Source: Takakia lepidozioides (taxonomy: Eukaryota; Plantae; Bryophyta). Taken from it: 64,000 nt of DNA. Made by a program: the position numbers and the translations under genes. Positions 1-13,600 of the stretch are shown here, one piece after another. Below the pieces are notes generated by a model. The model made no database searches. It had not been told where the DNA came from and was given only the letters and a program-made list of their open reading frames with translations. Where the stretch lies: the NCBI GenBank assembly GCA_030704615.1, contig CM060733.1:7998001-8062000 (forward strand), in the 5' to 3' direction. Within the stretch, counting starts at the first letter, position 1. Each line of letters starts with the position of its first letter.

Positions 1-65
1 AGACTCCAATAACTAAGCACTTGAAGAGACAGATAGAGCCTCCCTGTCATGGTCAAACAGCGTAC

Positions 66-1105
66 CAGCTTCACAATGAGTGCCTTCTCCTGTCGAAGAT
101 GAGAAAGCTGAGACCGGAGCTCATCTGCTGAAACAAAGCCTTTTCCACTACCATAGCCTCCATTTCCACTCACTGCAGGGATCATATGGCCTTGACTCAG
201 CAATACACACCTGCCGCAAAGGACAGTCTTCAGTTGATGATGTTTCTTTTTCTGCATCAGAATTGGCAGAAGAATCATGTTTGGGACAGAATTCTCTATC
301 ACTTGAATGATCTGTATGCAGGGTGCAAAGTCATAAGTGCTATCCTCAAGGTTTGGTCCAAGCTGGTCTGGAGGCCAGACACACATCCATGATGGTCCTC
401 ACATGTGATATTAAAATTCCTTGGGCGGAAGAAACTTTGTTTGGAACTGCTTGGAACTCTATAGGTAGTTCCAAGTTTCAGGTAGCCAAATTCAAAGTGA
501 AAACTGTGGAATTCATATATCAACTAAGCCCTAAGCCCTAAACCCTGCACAATAACATCAAACAGGGAAAGGATGGCTGGTACCAATTCGAAAGTATCGA
601 GAGGGAGATAACCAGGAGCTTCCACAACAGCATATTGGAGGAGAGCGCCACAACCGTAACAGCAAGGCTCAGAGCTTTTCGCTACTTTAGGCTTCTCTTT
701 CTTCTGAGTGCGTTCTTTTGTTAATTTGAAGCCTGTTGCAGTTTGATCTTGAGTCTTCGCTACACGTCTTTCCAACGCACGCTCCAGGAAAATTTCACCT
801 CTGCTTTTTCCTGTAATGTGTGCTGTCTTGCCCGACGCATCATCTCTGCCACCTTGTGGTTCGTCTGATTCACTCAAGTTCCTGAGAATCATTTGACTCT
901 TTGCAACACTGTTACCTCTAATACCCCCTTCCCAGTCGTCCGCTCTTTCCAAAGCTTTCGCACCAGACTCAGTCCGGTAGCGTCTGCCAGGGAGCCACAG
1001 CAAATTGGTCCGCGGGCCCGGAGGCACATCAACACGTGCATAACCCGTGCAGAAGATGGTACCTGAGAAACGGAGACCATGGACTGTGGCAAAGGCTTTT
1101 TCCAT
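66..1105 (-). CDS. NOA1: NO-associated protein 1 / RIF1 circularly permuted GTPase (YqeH family); 5' part only, gene runs off the window start
   Basis: Exon 584-1105 ends CCYGCGALLQYAVVEAPGYLPLDTFEL at a GT donor. Exon 66-251 (AG/GT bounded, 62 codons) reads KKKHHQLKTVLCGRCVLLSQGHMIPAVSGNGGY...LRQEKALIVKL, the CxxC...CxRC zinc finger of NOA1/YqeH. The start codon is uncertain. Confidence 0.9.
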
Positions 1106-2475
1106 GGCAGACTGCTCAGCTGCTCCTCACCTTGATGCACTTCACAACCCTACACAGTCATGTAAGCAAGCTCCCTGATCACGGAGGGGTGACCTTTGTG
1201 ATGGTCCATATTCTACCTTTCTGCGATTCTCCCTGAGATTCTCCCTGCAATCCAGCGAGAGTAATTTACGATTGCGAAGCAGGGAGCAGGTGGGTGGGAG
1301 GGGCACATCCTCAAATGTATGAAATGTGAAGGCCGCGGTCCATATTGTCTGCATCAAAAGCACAACACTGCTAGCAGCGGAAGAGGAGTCTGCTGCACCT
1401 GTTTCCCCACCTCAAAACTACATAAAAAGTCTAGGTGATAGTCACCCATATTACTCAGAAGAATCCCTACATTACCTACTTATGCAAAGGCAGGCACAAA
1501 CAACCAACTACAGGCTGCCTGCTGAAGTGCAGGGAGAGGGACTGAAAGACAGAGGGCAGCACCAACTTATGGAGCAAAGAAAGAACGTAAGAGAAAATGT
1601 TTAGGGACGGCATCAGTTCGTGGCTAACAAGATACCCCCATCCACCCCTCTAGGGCAAAGCACCAACCTTACCAGCTGATCAAAACCGTCGCCAAAACCT
1701 GGAACAGCGTACGTTGCTGCAGACACGCTGAGCATGCATCCAGCACCTGCTCATCAACGGACCTCCAGTTTTTTATTCATCACAATTCCACACTATCCAT
1801 CTCGGCTGTTCTTATCTAGAAATTCTACTTATTACAGAGGGTTCCAGACTCATCACTAGCTATTTGAACCTATCCACATTGGGCTCCAGAAACACTTCGT
1901 GTATCTAGTACCACACAAACAGCAATTTCTTCAATTTCAGGTGTTAACAATCATTCTCCGCATATGGCATCTTCTCTTCAATCCGACGACCGAAAATCTT
2001 CCCCAAACCAGTAGGGTCCAACGACCTTGAAAACGAAAGTTTAGTTCACCAACTCCTTCCATGCCCTACCAGGTATTGTTTCAGAAAGATCAGCTTTGGA
2101 TAACTCGTGAAAGCGAGTCCAGCTCATTGACAAGTAGTTTTATAACGTTATAACCACGTTGAGAAATTTGCTGGTACATGTGGCTGCAGGGGGAAGGATT
2201 CAGCAGACTCGTATTTTGGGAAGAAGTGACCAATGACTTTGTTCAGTTAAGAAAGTACACGGGACTGCGAAGGAGTAATAATTACTGGGACAAACAATAT
2301 GCGGGCACGTTCCTCAATGGTCACAAAGCTCTCCAGGTTGCCCCAACTTCAGATAATCAGGAATGGCCGAGTTCACAAACCATGTGTCACCTAAAGTAGA
2401 GGCCTATTTTCACTGGCCACAAAGATAAGACCTTCTGAGCAATGAAATTGGCTGACACTGAAACTCCTGATTCAT

Positions 2476-5400
2476 ATGGAGGCTCCGTGGATGTGCACTG
2501 GTTGTGCTTCTCCTTGCTCTGCTCTGGCTTCCTTCTCCGCGACATCGTCTCATTTTGGCTGTCAACTTGAGCCCACAGATTCAGTGTGTTTTGAAACCAA
2601 TATTTGGTGGGTTTGCGCCCAGCCGTCGAGTTGGGTGCACAATGCAGCTTCTCTTCGTCCTTTCCCTCCAGCAGCCCATGCTTTGTCTCCAGGAAGAATT
2701 TTTAAAGGGGCCCATTTCCGACGTCGTTTTCATGCTGGAAGTTTAGTCAGCAGATGGAGGGAAACTTTCCCTGCACCCATCAATCTTCAAGCACATTGGA
2801 ATGAGCAAACAGACAGTTGGCTGACGGACTCAAGGCAAACATGTGCAGATAGTTTGAGAAGGCATGGTGGGATTTTTGCATCCCAATTCAGCTCAGTAAA
2901 CACATTGAAAGGTACATCTTTGAGGCCACTCTCTCACTCTTACGGACAACATGGCAGGATGGCACTGGCAATGGGAGCCACGGCGACAGAGATGGCTGAA
3001 ACAGAATCTACCGGCGACGAAAATGATGCTAAAAGCAAAGAACTGCGGTTCAAGAGTAGCCCGCAGTTGGCACGGTGGGCAAGGGCCAGGCGGGTGCGGT
3101 CAGGAAGGACAGGGGAGCCCAAATTGGTCTCAGGCACTGGTAATGCAGTGATGCAGGGGCCATCCATTACACTCTCTGTAGATAGTGATGCCGATTCGGA
3201 TGAAGATGAAAGTCCTGGTCCCGAAGTGCAAGGGAAATCTATCTACATGGTCTCTGATGGTACAGGCTGGACCGCAGATCATGCGGTGCAGGCAGCTCTT
3301 GGCCAATTTGAGCATTGCCTGGTGGACCAGCGCTGCTCTGTTGACACCCATCTTTTTTCACAGGTACCCTAATTAGGTGGAATCCAACAAAGTGGGATTT
3401 GTCTAGGGTATGTTGAAGGCTTGCTCTTGAGCCATCCCCAATTTGCATACACATTTCCTTGTCTCCAACACCCTTTTGCTGCTTGTTTGCAAGTGATCTT
3501 TGTGGGCAAATTCTTCTGTCTGCATCAGTGTTCAAGCACGTTTCTGGGCCAACTCGGGCGTTAAATTTGAGTGCTCCAACTGGGTTTCCTTTGCAAAATT
3601 CCTAAGAATTGCAGTGTTTTGTGAAGGACTGAAGTACAAGAGACTGTGATCCTCTTGCAGGTCAATGAGGTGGATAGGCTCATGGACATAGTGCGACAGG
3701 CGGGGCAGGAAGGAGCCATCTTATTCTACACTTTGGCCGACCCACACATGGCAGAGGCTGCGAAGGAGGCATGCCAGGTGAGGATAGCTAGTAAGATTCT
3801 GGTGACTGAGAGATCTGTTAGGATAGTTGTAGCCTTAATTTTCACATCTCAGAATCTGAGTTTGTTGTAATGTTTATTGAGCGTCTTCCACACAAAAATT
3901 ACTCACCAATGTTCTCAGATATGTAAAAAAAATCTGTTCGAGTCCAGAGAGAATGGGGTTGAAAGGAAAAGCCAGGTATTTGAAAAAGACTGAACAATAA
4001 AGCAACTTTGTGCGTGAGTTCTTCAGTCCACAAGACTCATTGAAGTCTCTTTGAATTCCGAGAATGTTGATGATAAAGTGCATTTGGATGTGGTGAGATA
4101 AAATACGCAGATGCTGCATGTACCTCACATCAACATTCTGGGGCCCATCACAGATGCTTTGGAAGCTCATCTGGGAGTATCCCCTTCAGGCATTCCCCGT
4201 GGAGCCCCAGGAAGCAAAAGCACCCTCTCCAAGCAGTACTTCAAGCGGATAGAGGCAGTTGAGTTTACGATACGGCAGGATGATGGCGCACTGCCCAAGA
4301 ATCTGCATCAGGCAGACTTGCTGCTGGTGGGAGTGTCACGCACAAGCAAGACCCCTCTCTCCACTTACATGGCTCAGAAGGGCTACAAGGTGGCACCTCT
4401 GTGTGTTCTCTTGAGTGTATTGGTATTTGTTTCTCACTATTTTGTGCAACTGTATGTTATAGCTCTATCTGTCTGTGTTTCGATTTTGCCTCTGTTGCTC
4501 TCTTAACAGCGGGAACCTGGGAGTTGGAGAAATCATAAAATACCACCAGCATGTAGACTGCATAGGCATATAGCACACAATGACTGGATCTGGAAGGGGT
4601 CAAAGTGGGTATAAACCTTCTTTGTCCGTCTCTTCTCCGGACAAGTACAAATATTATAGCATACCAGAGAGGAAATGAGTTGTCAGTTGGATGTTGTTGC
4701 AGGCTCTTTGAAATTGCAGTATAAATTTATTGCAAGGAAATAGTCAAGGCGTAGATTGATGAGAAAGAGAACAGCGATGTGAAATAGCTCTGACTCTAAA
4801 CGGAAGACATTTCAGGTAGCAAATGTGCCATTAGTGCTGGGAATTGACCCACCAAAAGAGCTCTTTGAAGTGAACCAAGACAAGGTGTATGCGCTGACCA
4901 TCAACCCAAACTCTTTGAAGTCCATACGTGTTGCTCGCTACCGAAGCTTGGGCATGCCTGAGAATTCAAGGACTTCTTACTCTGATATGGAGCACATTCG
5001 TAAGGAGCTGGAGTACAGCAGCAAGCTGTTTCATCAAAACCCACGGTGGCCTGTTGTCGGTAAGTTGCTGTCATGTATGTTCAAACTGGCTAGGGTTAAG
5101 TGTGATTTTTCAGCTGAGAGAGAGAGAGAGAGAGACGGTGAAAGTTATATTGTCCATGAGCAGCCCAAGGGTCCATGGGAAAAAGTAGAGCATCAATTAT
5201 AACTACAGCAAAGCTCGTCCAAGAAAAGCTGCCAAGCACTAAAGCTGAAGCCTCTGCCAAGATGGAAAGAAAGTTTATGATATCCGCAGGAAGCCCTAAA
5301 TAAAGGCACACAAAGATGGGAGAGACAATGAAAGAAGGGAAGTAACCTTATGATTTCCAGTATAGGAAGTCCAGAAAGACTGAGTTACATAGAATGGGAA

Positions 5401-5858
5401 TGAACTGCAATGATGAGCTGCTTTAATGAACAAAATCTTTATCAGGTTTTGTTTGTTGATGGGCGTTTCCTGACATTTAGTGGACTCCCTTGCTGCACTG
5501 TGCAAAATGTGATCTTGGCAAGCCTATGTGTCTAAAGAAGTTAAACTCCACTTACGGATCCGTTGACTGAGTGGTTGGCCAGTGAAAGCCAACCCCCGTC
5601 TTTGATTGACTGATGTTGACCTCCCAGGATTGAAAGCAAAGTTTTGAATAATGTGTTTGAACCTGTGTAAATGATCCACTAAGCCAAAGCAATCAAATGG
5701 ATCAGATATATCTAGAGTCTTCACTGACCTATTTGACGTTTTTTCCCTCTGCAGAAGTAACAGGCAAGGCCATTGAAGAGACAGCAGCTGTTATCCTCCG
5801 CATTTTTCATGAGCGGCAAAGCAAGCACCAAATGCCTCGAATCTCTCGGCGGTACTGA
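2476..5858 (+). CDS. PDRP1: Pyruvate,phosphate dikinase regulatory protein (PDRP/RP1, DUF299 kinase-pyrophosphorylase), likely plastid-targeted
   Basis: Exons 2476-3363, 3661-3777, 4111-4389, 4816-5059 and 5755-5858 splice in frame at GT-AG sites. Motifs: [58 protein letters not shown]. Stop TGA at 5856-5858. Confidence 0.95.
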
Positions 5859-7624
5859 TACAGTGATGGAGGTACCAGTAGTCGGTCAGCTGCTGAAGCT
5901 CACCAGAAGGCTCTTTCTCCCTACAACACTTGTACATATATACCATTTGTCTACAAAATTGTGTATATAATTGAGACATGACTCACCTCCAAGTATTATA
6001 CCTATCGATATCTGGGGTCTTAATTTTTTTTTTAATTTCTTAAAGACGAGATTAGAGATTAGGCTTGTTCTTAAGCTCCAAAAATCAAGACCAACCTCAA
6101 GTGATTCAGGCTAGCCTACGTAGCAGCTGTTCCAGCTCTATATAAGATTGTACAAGTGGCCAAGTGAAGGGGATGCAACATGGATGAACAGACCCGAGTC
6201 TCCGGCTTCCTTCACACGTGCATCCATCCACCTTCTTCGTTTCATTGAAGAAATTGTTAGCTAACGAAGGTACAGTAGGTATCGAAGTTATTCTAACGGG
6301 ATTTATATTGCACTACCATTTTTTAACAGTCAACCGTGTATGTACTCGTATGTAGCGGCTCACTTGGCAACACGAGAGAATACAAAAGTATGAGGCGGCT
6401 AAAGGGATCGTTTCTTTGAGAAACGTCAGCGTCATATGTGGAGATCATTCACTCCGATCTCATATAAAATCAGTGTAGAGACATATCGAGTGGTAATGGA
6501 ATACAGAATAGTGCATCGGAGATGTATTTCGAGCAGAAATTTCTGAAAATTCATACGGAGCATAGCGTGACATAAACATACATACAGGTGGGCATGCAAC
6601 TCATCGGTTGTTATACCAGCTCGTATACGACTGAAGAAGGTTATAATGAAGACCAATCCAGCTGTATGCTTCAACTTCAAGAAAGAGAGAAATAGGCAGG
6701 TAGGCAAGCTCGATTTGTTGGGCTTCGTCAAATCTCTTGAGTCGGCCGCATGGTCACCTCCAGAACAGTGAGTGGCCTTCTCAAGGATTGCAAGTGGGGA
6801 GACTGACATTTCTGGACTTGTTTATTGAGAGCATATTTAGGAGCTTGAAATATTTTGTTGGCGGGGTTCCTTTGGTGGGGCTCTTGATTCCCAACTTTGT
6901 CCTTTCTTAAGATAAGCTGCTTTCTTGAGGCTCGGGCATATGTAGATGAGACCTTAGGTAGAGCTGCACAGTTCTGATGGAGTCTTTAGATACCAACTGT
7001 TGATATGATAATAAGCCTCTGTTTCCAAAAGGAGGAGTTTTTACAGTGTGCAAATTGGAATGGTAATAATGATCATGCATTCTCCAGATTATTTAGGATC
7101 AGAAAGTCCTTTCCTCCATCTGGAATCTGAACTTCTCTTTTGCTTGGAAATTGTAACAAAGGGGTCCCTTGGGGTGCCCTACTCCATGCAACTAAGTGTA
7201 CTCTGGCCCTACTGTAACTCCTGATTTGTAATCAGTTGTTGACCAGGCTGCTGTCACTGAGATGTGCTCATCTCAGCGAGCAATCAAGAACAACCACTGG
7301 TTTCCTTCAAAAGATTTCACGGTTGTTTCACACTGCAAATCGTAGCTTTTGTGTATGCATAAACCTCAATACTGAACTGAGGCAGTCAGCAAGCTGACCA
7401 TAGCAGCAGAGTTCCCTTTGAGACAGGGAGCTATGGCATGGACACCTACCTATTGGCCACTCACAAAATCCTTGTGATCTTCAATCTTGAACTTAAGTCT
7501 ACATCTAGGCACACCATCAGTGGGGACCAGAAATGCTTCTGGACAAACGACAGAGCTATGGTACTCTCTCCAAAGACAAAAAAAGAATTCCAAGTTGGCA
7601 AACCTGGGCAGCATTTACATCTGA

Positions 7625-9328
7625 TCAGGCAGATAAAACTCCCTGCTCGAGCATCAAAGTGTAATTGGTGGTGTTGGAAGTTGGGCCGAAGAACTGGATG
7701 GGACCTGGACTCAAGTAGCTATCCTCATAAGCCCACTGCTCCCGCACTGACGCAAATTTCTTGAAGGGGGAACCATTCAGCTCCACCATGGCCTTCTTAA
7801 TCACAGGCTTGTTCTTGCCCTTCCGACGCTCGACGTCCATGAGCTCTGTGAGAGCTGTCCCTCCAACGGTCCAGTCTTTTGATGGCGCGGTCAAATTGCC
7901 CACCGATGCAATGAGCCCCGTCTGGCCGGTGTGGGCAAGAGCCCCTGCAACAAATCCAAGGGCATAGCAGTAGGTAGCATCAAAGTTGGTGGGCATGCCA
8001 CATCGGCCTTCATACCCAAAGAAATGGGATTGCCCCTTGAAGTTGCCTGTGTACGTCCCCTCGTGTTTCCTTGCTATGAGTTCCGTCTCTATCATAGATA
8101 TCAACATTTTCTCTGTTTCAATTCTAGCTACCTGCACATTGCCGTGGGGGTCGCGTTCCAACAAGAGTTCTTCTTGAATGCTATGTGGCAGCGAGTCAAA
8201 GAGGGCCCTGCAGGGGGGCGCGAGCTTCTCCTTCCAGTGACCCTGGTCATCACATACACCACTTGCCAGAATCTCGTTCAGCTCTGCAATCAGATGTTGG
8301 ATCTCGGGAATGAAATCTATAAGGCCCTCTGGTATAAGGATGATCCCGTACTGCTTCCCATTCTCAGCCCTCTTGCACACCAAGTCTGATATACTATTTG
8401 TCACTTGCCGTAAAGTCATATGAAGCGCGTTCACCTCCTCTCCTATGATTGCAATATTTGGGTGAGTCTGGAGAGCACACTCAAGGGTAATATGAGAAGC
8501 AGCTCGCCCCATCAGACGAACAAAATGGTAGTATTTGCCGGTTGAGCGCGCATCCACCATGATGTTCCCGATCATCTCCGAGTAGATTTTGCAGGCTGTG
8601 TCAAACCCGAAACTTATTGGCACATGCTTGCTTTTGAGGTCGCCATCGATGGTCTTCGGGCACCCGAGCACGCGTGTCTTCAAATTTCTGGCCCGGAAAT
8701 ACTCAGCAAGGAGGGCAGCATTGGTATTGGAGTCATCTCCACCGATCACCACCAAGCCATCTAAGTCCAGCTTAACCACCGTCTCCTCTGCTTGCTTGAA
8801 CTGTTCAGGGGTCTCAATCTTATCGCGGCCGCTGCAAATGATGTCAAATCCTCCCTGGTTACGATAGGGAAAGATAAAGTCAGCCGTGATTTCTACCACA
8901 TTATTGCGCATGATGCCAGCCGGTCCCCCTTTGAATCCATACAAAATGCTGTCGCTTGCGTGCTCTTGCAAGTAGTCAAAGATGCCAGCAATCACATTGT
9001 GACCTCCGGGTGCCTGCCCTCCAGACAAAACCACTCCTAGTTTCAGCTTCTTGTCGGCATTGTATGTGGTTCCTTCGCTGGCGATGAGCTCCACTGAAGG
9101 TTGCCCATACAGATTCGGAAACAGCTTCTCGATTTCCTCTGGGTTCCCGGCGGCCGTCGTAGGAGGGCCATGGACGAGCTTAAACTTGCCATTGAATACT
9201 GTGGGAAGGGGAGGCTTGTGCTCCAATCGATCCGCCTGCACTGGGCTGTAGGCTGAAGTGTCACGCAGCGCCCGTTTTTCTGCCTCTTGGCTCCCTACCG
9301 TCTCTGTCCCATTGGCCGTCATACCCAT
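7625..9328 (-). CDS. PFP-BETA: Pyrophosphate--fructose-6-phosphate 1-phosphotransferase beta subunit, intronless CDS
   Basis: Uninterrupted 567-aa ORF with GVVLSGGQAPGGHNV, YRNQGGFD, GGDDSNTNA, CPKTIDGDL, RLMGRAASHITLE, GYEGRCG and SPGPIQF. Confidence 0.96.
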   Translation of the reverse strand: MGMTANGTETVGSQEAEKRALRDTSAYSPVQADRLEHKPPLPTVFNGKFKLVHGPPTTAAGNPEEIEKLFPNLYGQPSVELIASEGTTYNADKKLKLGVVLSGGQAPGGHNVIAGIFDYLQEHASDSILYGFKGGPAGIMRNNVVEITADFIFPYRNQGGFDIICSGRDKIETPEQFKQAEETVVKLDLDGLVVIGGDDSNTNAALLAEYFRARNLKTRVLGCPKTIDGDLKSKHVPISFGFDTACKIYSEMIGNIMVDARSTGKYYHFVRLMGRAASHITLECALQTHPNIAIIGEEVNALHMTLRQVTNSISDLVCKRAENGKQYGIILIPEGLIDFIPEIQHLIAELNEILASGVCDDQGHWKEKLAPPCRALFDSLPHSIQEELLLERDPHGNVQVARIETEKMLISMIETELIARKHEGTYTGNFKGQSHFFGYEGRCGMPTNFDATYCYALGFVAGALAHTGQTGLIASVGNLTAPSKDWTVGGTALTELMDVERRKGKNKPVIKKAMVELNGSPFKKFASVREQWAYEDSYLSPGPIQFFGPTSNTTNYTLMLEQGVLSA

Positions 9329-10663
9329 TGTCCTCTAACACCACCCAACTCTGCGCTTGCAGAGAGAAGATGGAAATTGAAACTGTGACAGTACAAGATT
9401 AACGACCTTCACGCTCGTGTGTCTCAGACAGAGAGAGACAATTGTTCTCAGACAATGTGGGGCTGTATGTGCGTGAGAAGAGAAACGAAATGGTACTCTA
9501 TAATGTCCCAGAGAGAGAAAGAATTGAGGAAATGAATGTTATTCACTGCGGGTACTTGTGTGCGAGTGAGAGAGAGAAGAAAAGATAGAGAAAGAATCTG
9601 AGTTGTATCTTGTTCTTGCGTGTGTGTGCAATAACTTACGGTAATCCAAAGTCAGGAGGAGTGCAGTACTTTGGGCCTGATAGAGATTGCGGTGGGCTGA
9701 GAAAGCGAATGTATGTGCCAAACAACCCACCAAACCGGAAAGACAGGAAATGTGGAAGAGTAAACCTCGGGAGGTGCGAGAAGAAAGCTGAGGGGCCCAG
9801 CTGACGGATTAAACCATGCAGCGCCTTCTTGGATAATAACAGATTGTCTGTAGCAGCGACAACATCGCCAGGCTCATGGATGATATGTTCCTTAGACATT
9901 CTACGGAAAAATCATGCCCCACCTACCACAACTAGACGTTGATCATTCCTGTATCTAAGATTGCCCTTCCGCAGACAATCATCAAATGCGTGGGCAAGCG
10001 CTGCAGAAGTTGAACTACTTCAATACCTTCTGCAGATTGCTGTGTAATGGATCAAACTAGCAACTCTGGACCCCCACAAAATTGTTGACAGCGCTTGCAG
10101 TGGCACCTTTTCTCCAACTGTCAATTGGGGATGCCAGCACCTTCCGCATTGACTCCAGGAATTTACTCCAGCTTACTGATCGGAAGCCAAAGACTACAAT
10201 CTGAGGTGTCCCATGGACCTCAACTCTACACTTCCTGTGAGACTGTCAACCAGGCAAGAGATACATAAACTTCTGCAGGTATTGCAGTTTCTGCAAACAC
10301 TGTAAACAGTAATGTAGACCAAAGAAATGCATTAAAATGTAGACTACAGACTCCAAACCACACTGTGAATGGAGGTGGACTCCTCTGCCCACTCAAATAA
10401 GACTAACAGAGAGGTGGAAAGTGTTACACCACCCATGCCGTTCTTAATTACAAATGCCTCATTTTGCCCGCAAAATTTTACCCTATGAATAACTCTGTGG
10501 CAAGAAAAGGAGGCAGCAACTCAGACCTAACCTATTGTAAGATTCCCTAGCGATGGCGTTTCAGTATCATCAGACACTTTTCTTTCTTGTCTTTCATTGA
10601 AATTTTGGACTAGAGTACAAACGGGCTATTGCATCCCAAGCGTGTTCCGACTAAGTTCCACCA

Positions 10664-13600
10664 TCACTTATTTGGGGCCGGCTGCTGCACAATCTGGACC
10701 ATTTTGAAGGGCGTGATTCTTCGGGTGGAGCTGTGCAAAATTATAACTGCACCACAGCATACCAACCTTCCAGTCAGATCTCTCTCACTTTGGATGTACT
10801 ACTTTTCTGTTCTTTTCGTGTCTCTTGCTACAATGAGCCCCAGTAAGAATATTATTACAACTGAAGGATGTCAAAATGCAATCATTAGACCTCCCTGAAG
10901 GTTTCAGTTGAAGCATACTGGAAAACCCTTACCCCGGTAAGAAGGTGGTCCATCCCTGTTCCACACAGAGATGCAGTGCCATCACTTAGGTATGCCCCAC
11001 CCACCTCTCGTCTCACACATGCATATGCTCACTGGGCCTCCCAAGGAGATAATACATTCAATTTTCTGTCTTTCTTCTTCTACCCTGGTGAACTGGAACC
11101 CCACAACCAGTTCTGGAAGGGTTAGTATTCTACAGGTACTATAGACAAGTACAGCGGCACACAAATCCATTCAACTGGGGGGCTTAAGGAGTGCTTGTCA
11201 GCATGCTCTAAAACAGCCCATGTGGCTGTTCGGGGTGAGTTTGGCATCCCTTCCTTAAGCTCCCGATGAGATGAATTCAAGGTCAGATGGTGGGTTCAGC
11301 TGCAACATATGTCCAACAACAAATATCCTAAGTTAATCGACTCTATATCTTGGAAGCAGGATCGCCCTGTCAAACAGGCTAAGTTAATCGACTCTATATC
11401 TTGGAAGCAGGCTCGCCCTGTCAAACAGGCTGTCCTGGCGGAAGAGAGTAGAAGAGATCCTCAACGATCTGCTGGATAAATCCGACTTAGAGGCTGTAGT
11501 GTCCAAAGCCATGTCTGTTGCCAGGAAATTGTCTGATGAAAATAAAGTTAGGCAGAAAACTTTCCTGAACTTGTTTCCTGTTGTGACATGCACAAGGACC
11601 TTAAGGATGATCTCAAGGGCCAACCTACCCTTGGCACTAGACTGAAATTTACAGTCAGGGCAGGAATCCTACCTTTGAACAATAAACAAATGCAGAGAGG
11701 CAGAGGAGATTGTAATTGCCCGAAGTGTGGACAACCTGAAGACAATATCTATTTTCTGATACAGTGTCCGGGATATTCTCGCCAGAGAGAACCCTCTTCA
11801 GGACAATCAAGAACAATGTCTCGGCACCTCTGTTCACCAATTTCCAAAATCTTGAGGCTGAGCCTAAAGCCCTCGCCCTGTTGGGGTCTAAAGCTCACAC
11901 ACAGCAGATTGATGCTTGTGTGAAGGGCTTCCTAGAGGATATATGGAAAGCCCGAACTAATTGTTTGTATCAAGGTAAGTCATACTACCGGAGTGAGCCC
12001 CTCACAAAGATTGTTTCTGGTCCCTTGTGTTCCGCCCAAACTGGGGGCGGGATCTATGGCCACAAGGCTTCGGCAAACAAAGTCTTATGAGTACATCTCT
12101 CTCTCTCTAATGGAGTTATGATAAGAAACTCTTGTCGGCCTTACAGCCTAAATGGCCAGCAATACAGGCTTTCAGGAATAATAAGGGTGCAGTGGTGACT
12201 TCAACAGGTGACATCGACAAAACCTTTGAACCACACTACAGCCTTCTCGACCGTGAGTCAACTCTAATAGAGAGGGGCAGACTGGAAGAACAGAGTAAGA
12301 AAAACTGTTCCTGTATCCCAAGACAGCCCTGATGAACTCAAAAGGGTTACAACACGCCTATTAGTTCTTCTGAGGTCGTGGCTATAAAGCATCTAAGCAG
12401 CAATGAAGCAAGTGGACTAGCTGCCATGGTCAACAAGCTCATTAAGTATGGTGGTGACCCTACGGTCATAGGGACTGCACCGACCATATCTTCACTCTAA
12501 GCCAGATCATCCAGAGAAGCAAAAAAGAAGGAAAGCCCACTTTTGTCTTCTTCCTGGATGACAAAAAAGCTTCTGACACAGTATGGTGTGACAGACTGTG
12601 GTGCGTTGATCTTCTGGTCTCAGGGGAAAGATGTGGAGGATGGTCCACAACCTGTATGCAAACACCAAAACCTGTGTTATGGTCAATGGACAGAAGTCTA
12701 ACTTCTTTGATATAGATCAAGGTGTAGGGCACAAGGTTGTACCCTCTCCCCATGCTCTTCAATGTTTTCATTAATAAGCTTCTTAAGGTATGGACAGTGG
12801 GGGGTTTCGACTAAAGGTGGGTGATGCCACCATACCAGCTCTTATGTTTGTGGATGACTTCACAGACCTAGGGGAACCCGTATCCAATCTCCAGGAGCTG
12901 ATTAATTCTGCAAAGAGGTTCTTTGACCTGTGGGCTAGAAGCTAATGTTAGTACATGCGCAGTGGTGGCATTCAACGACTGCGGGGAGGGAGAGATTCAT
13001 GTACTCCCTTCCTACATATATCTTGGTGTTGAGTTTTCCTCCAACTGTAACTGGGATACTCGTATACAAAAAATGATTCAATCAGCTAAACGCAAAGCTT
13101 TGGGACTCACTAAAATTTTCCATCGCAGAGGGATTAATACTGAAGTTAAAGGGACCATGCTTTACACGTTATTAGGCTGGTGTTGGAGTACACATCCACT
13201 GTGTGGGACAACAATTCCAACCATGCTAAACCTCTAGACTCCATTCAGGTCGCAGTACGCAAAGAAAGTATGTCAGCTTGTTCTAGAACAGCTAATGTGG
13301 CTGTTCAGGGTGTTTTGGCATACCTCTGCACCTCTGTTCGCCATCTTGAGGCTGAGCCTAAAGCCCTGGCCCTGTTGGGGTCTAATGCTGGGCAGCTCAC
13401 ACAACAAGTCCTCTCTAGAGGATATCTGGAAAACCCGAACTAATTGTCTCTATCACGGTAAGTCTCACTACCAGTGTGAGCCCCTCACAAAGGTAGAATC
13501 TGTTCCCTTTTGTTACGCCCAAACTGGGCGCGGGGTCTATGGCCACAAGGCTGCGGCAAACAACATCTTATGAGGTACATTCTCTGATGAAGTTAGGCAT

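Noticed and set aside
66-1105. Nitric oxide synthase
   Set aside because: NOA1 is a YqeH-type GTPase; no NOS domains are visible.
7438-9264. Plus-strand ORFs overlapping PFP-beta
   Set aside because: Antisense shadows of a real coding sequence.
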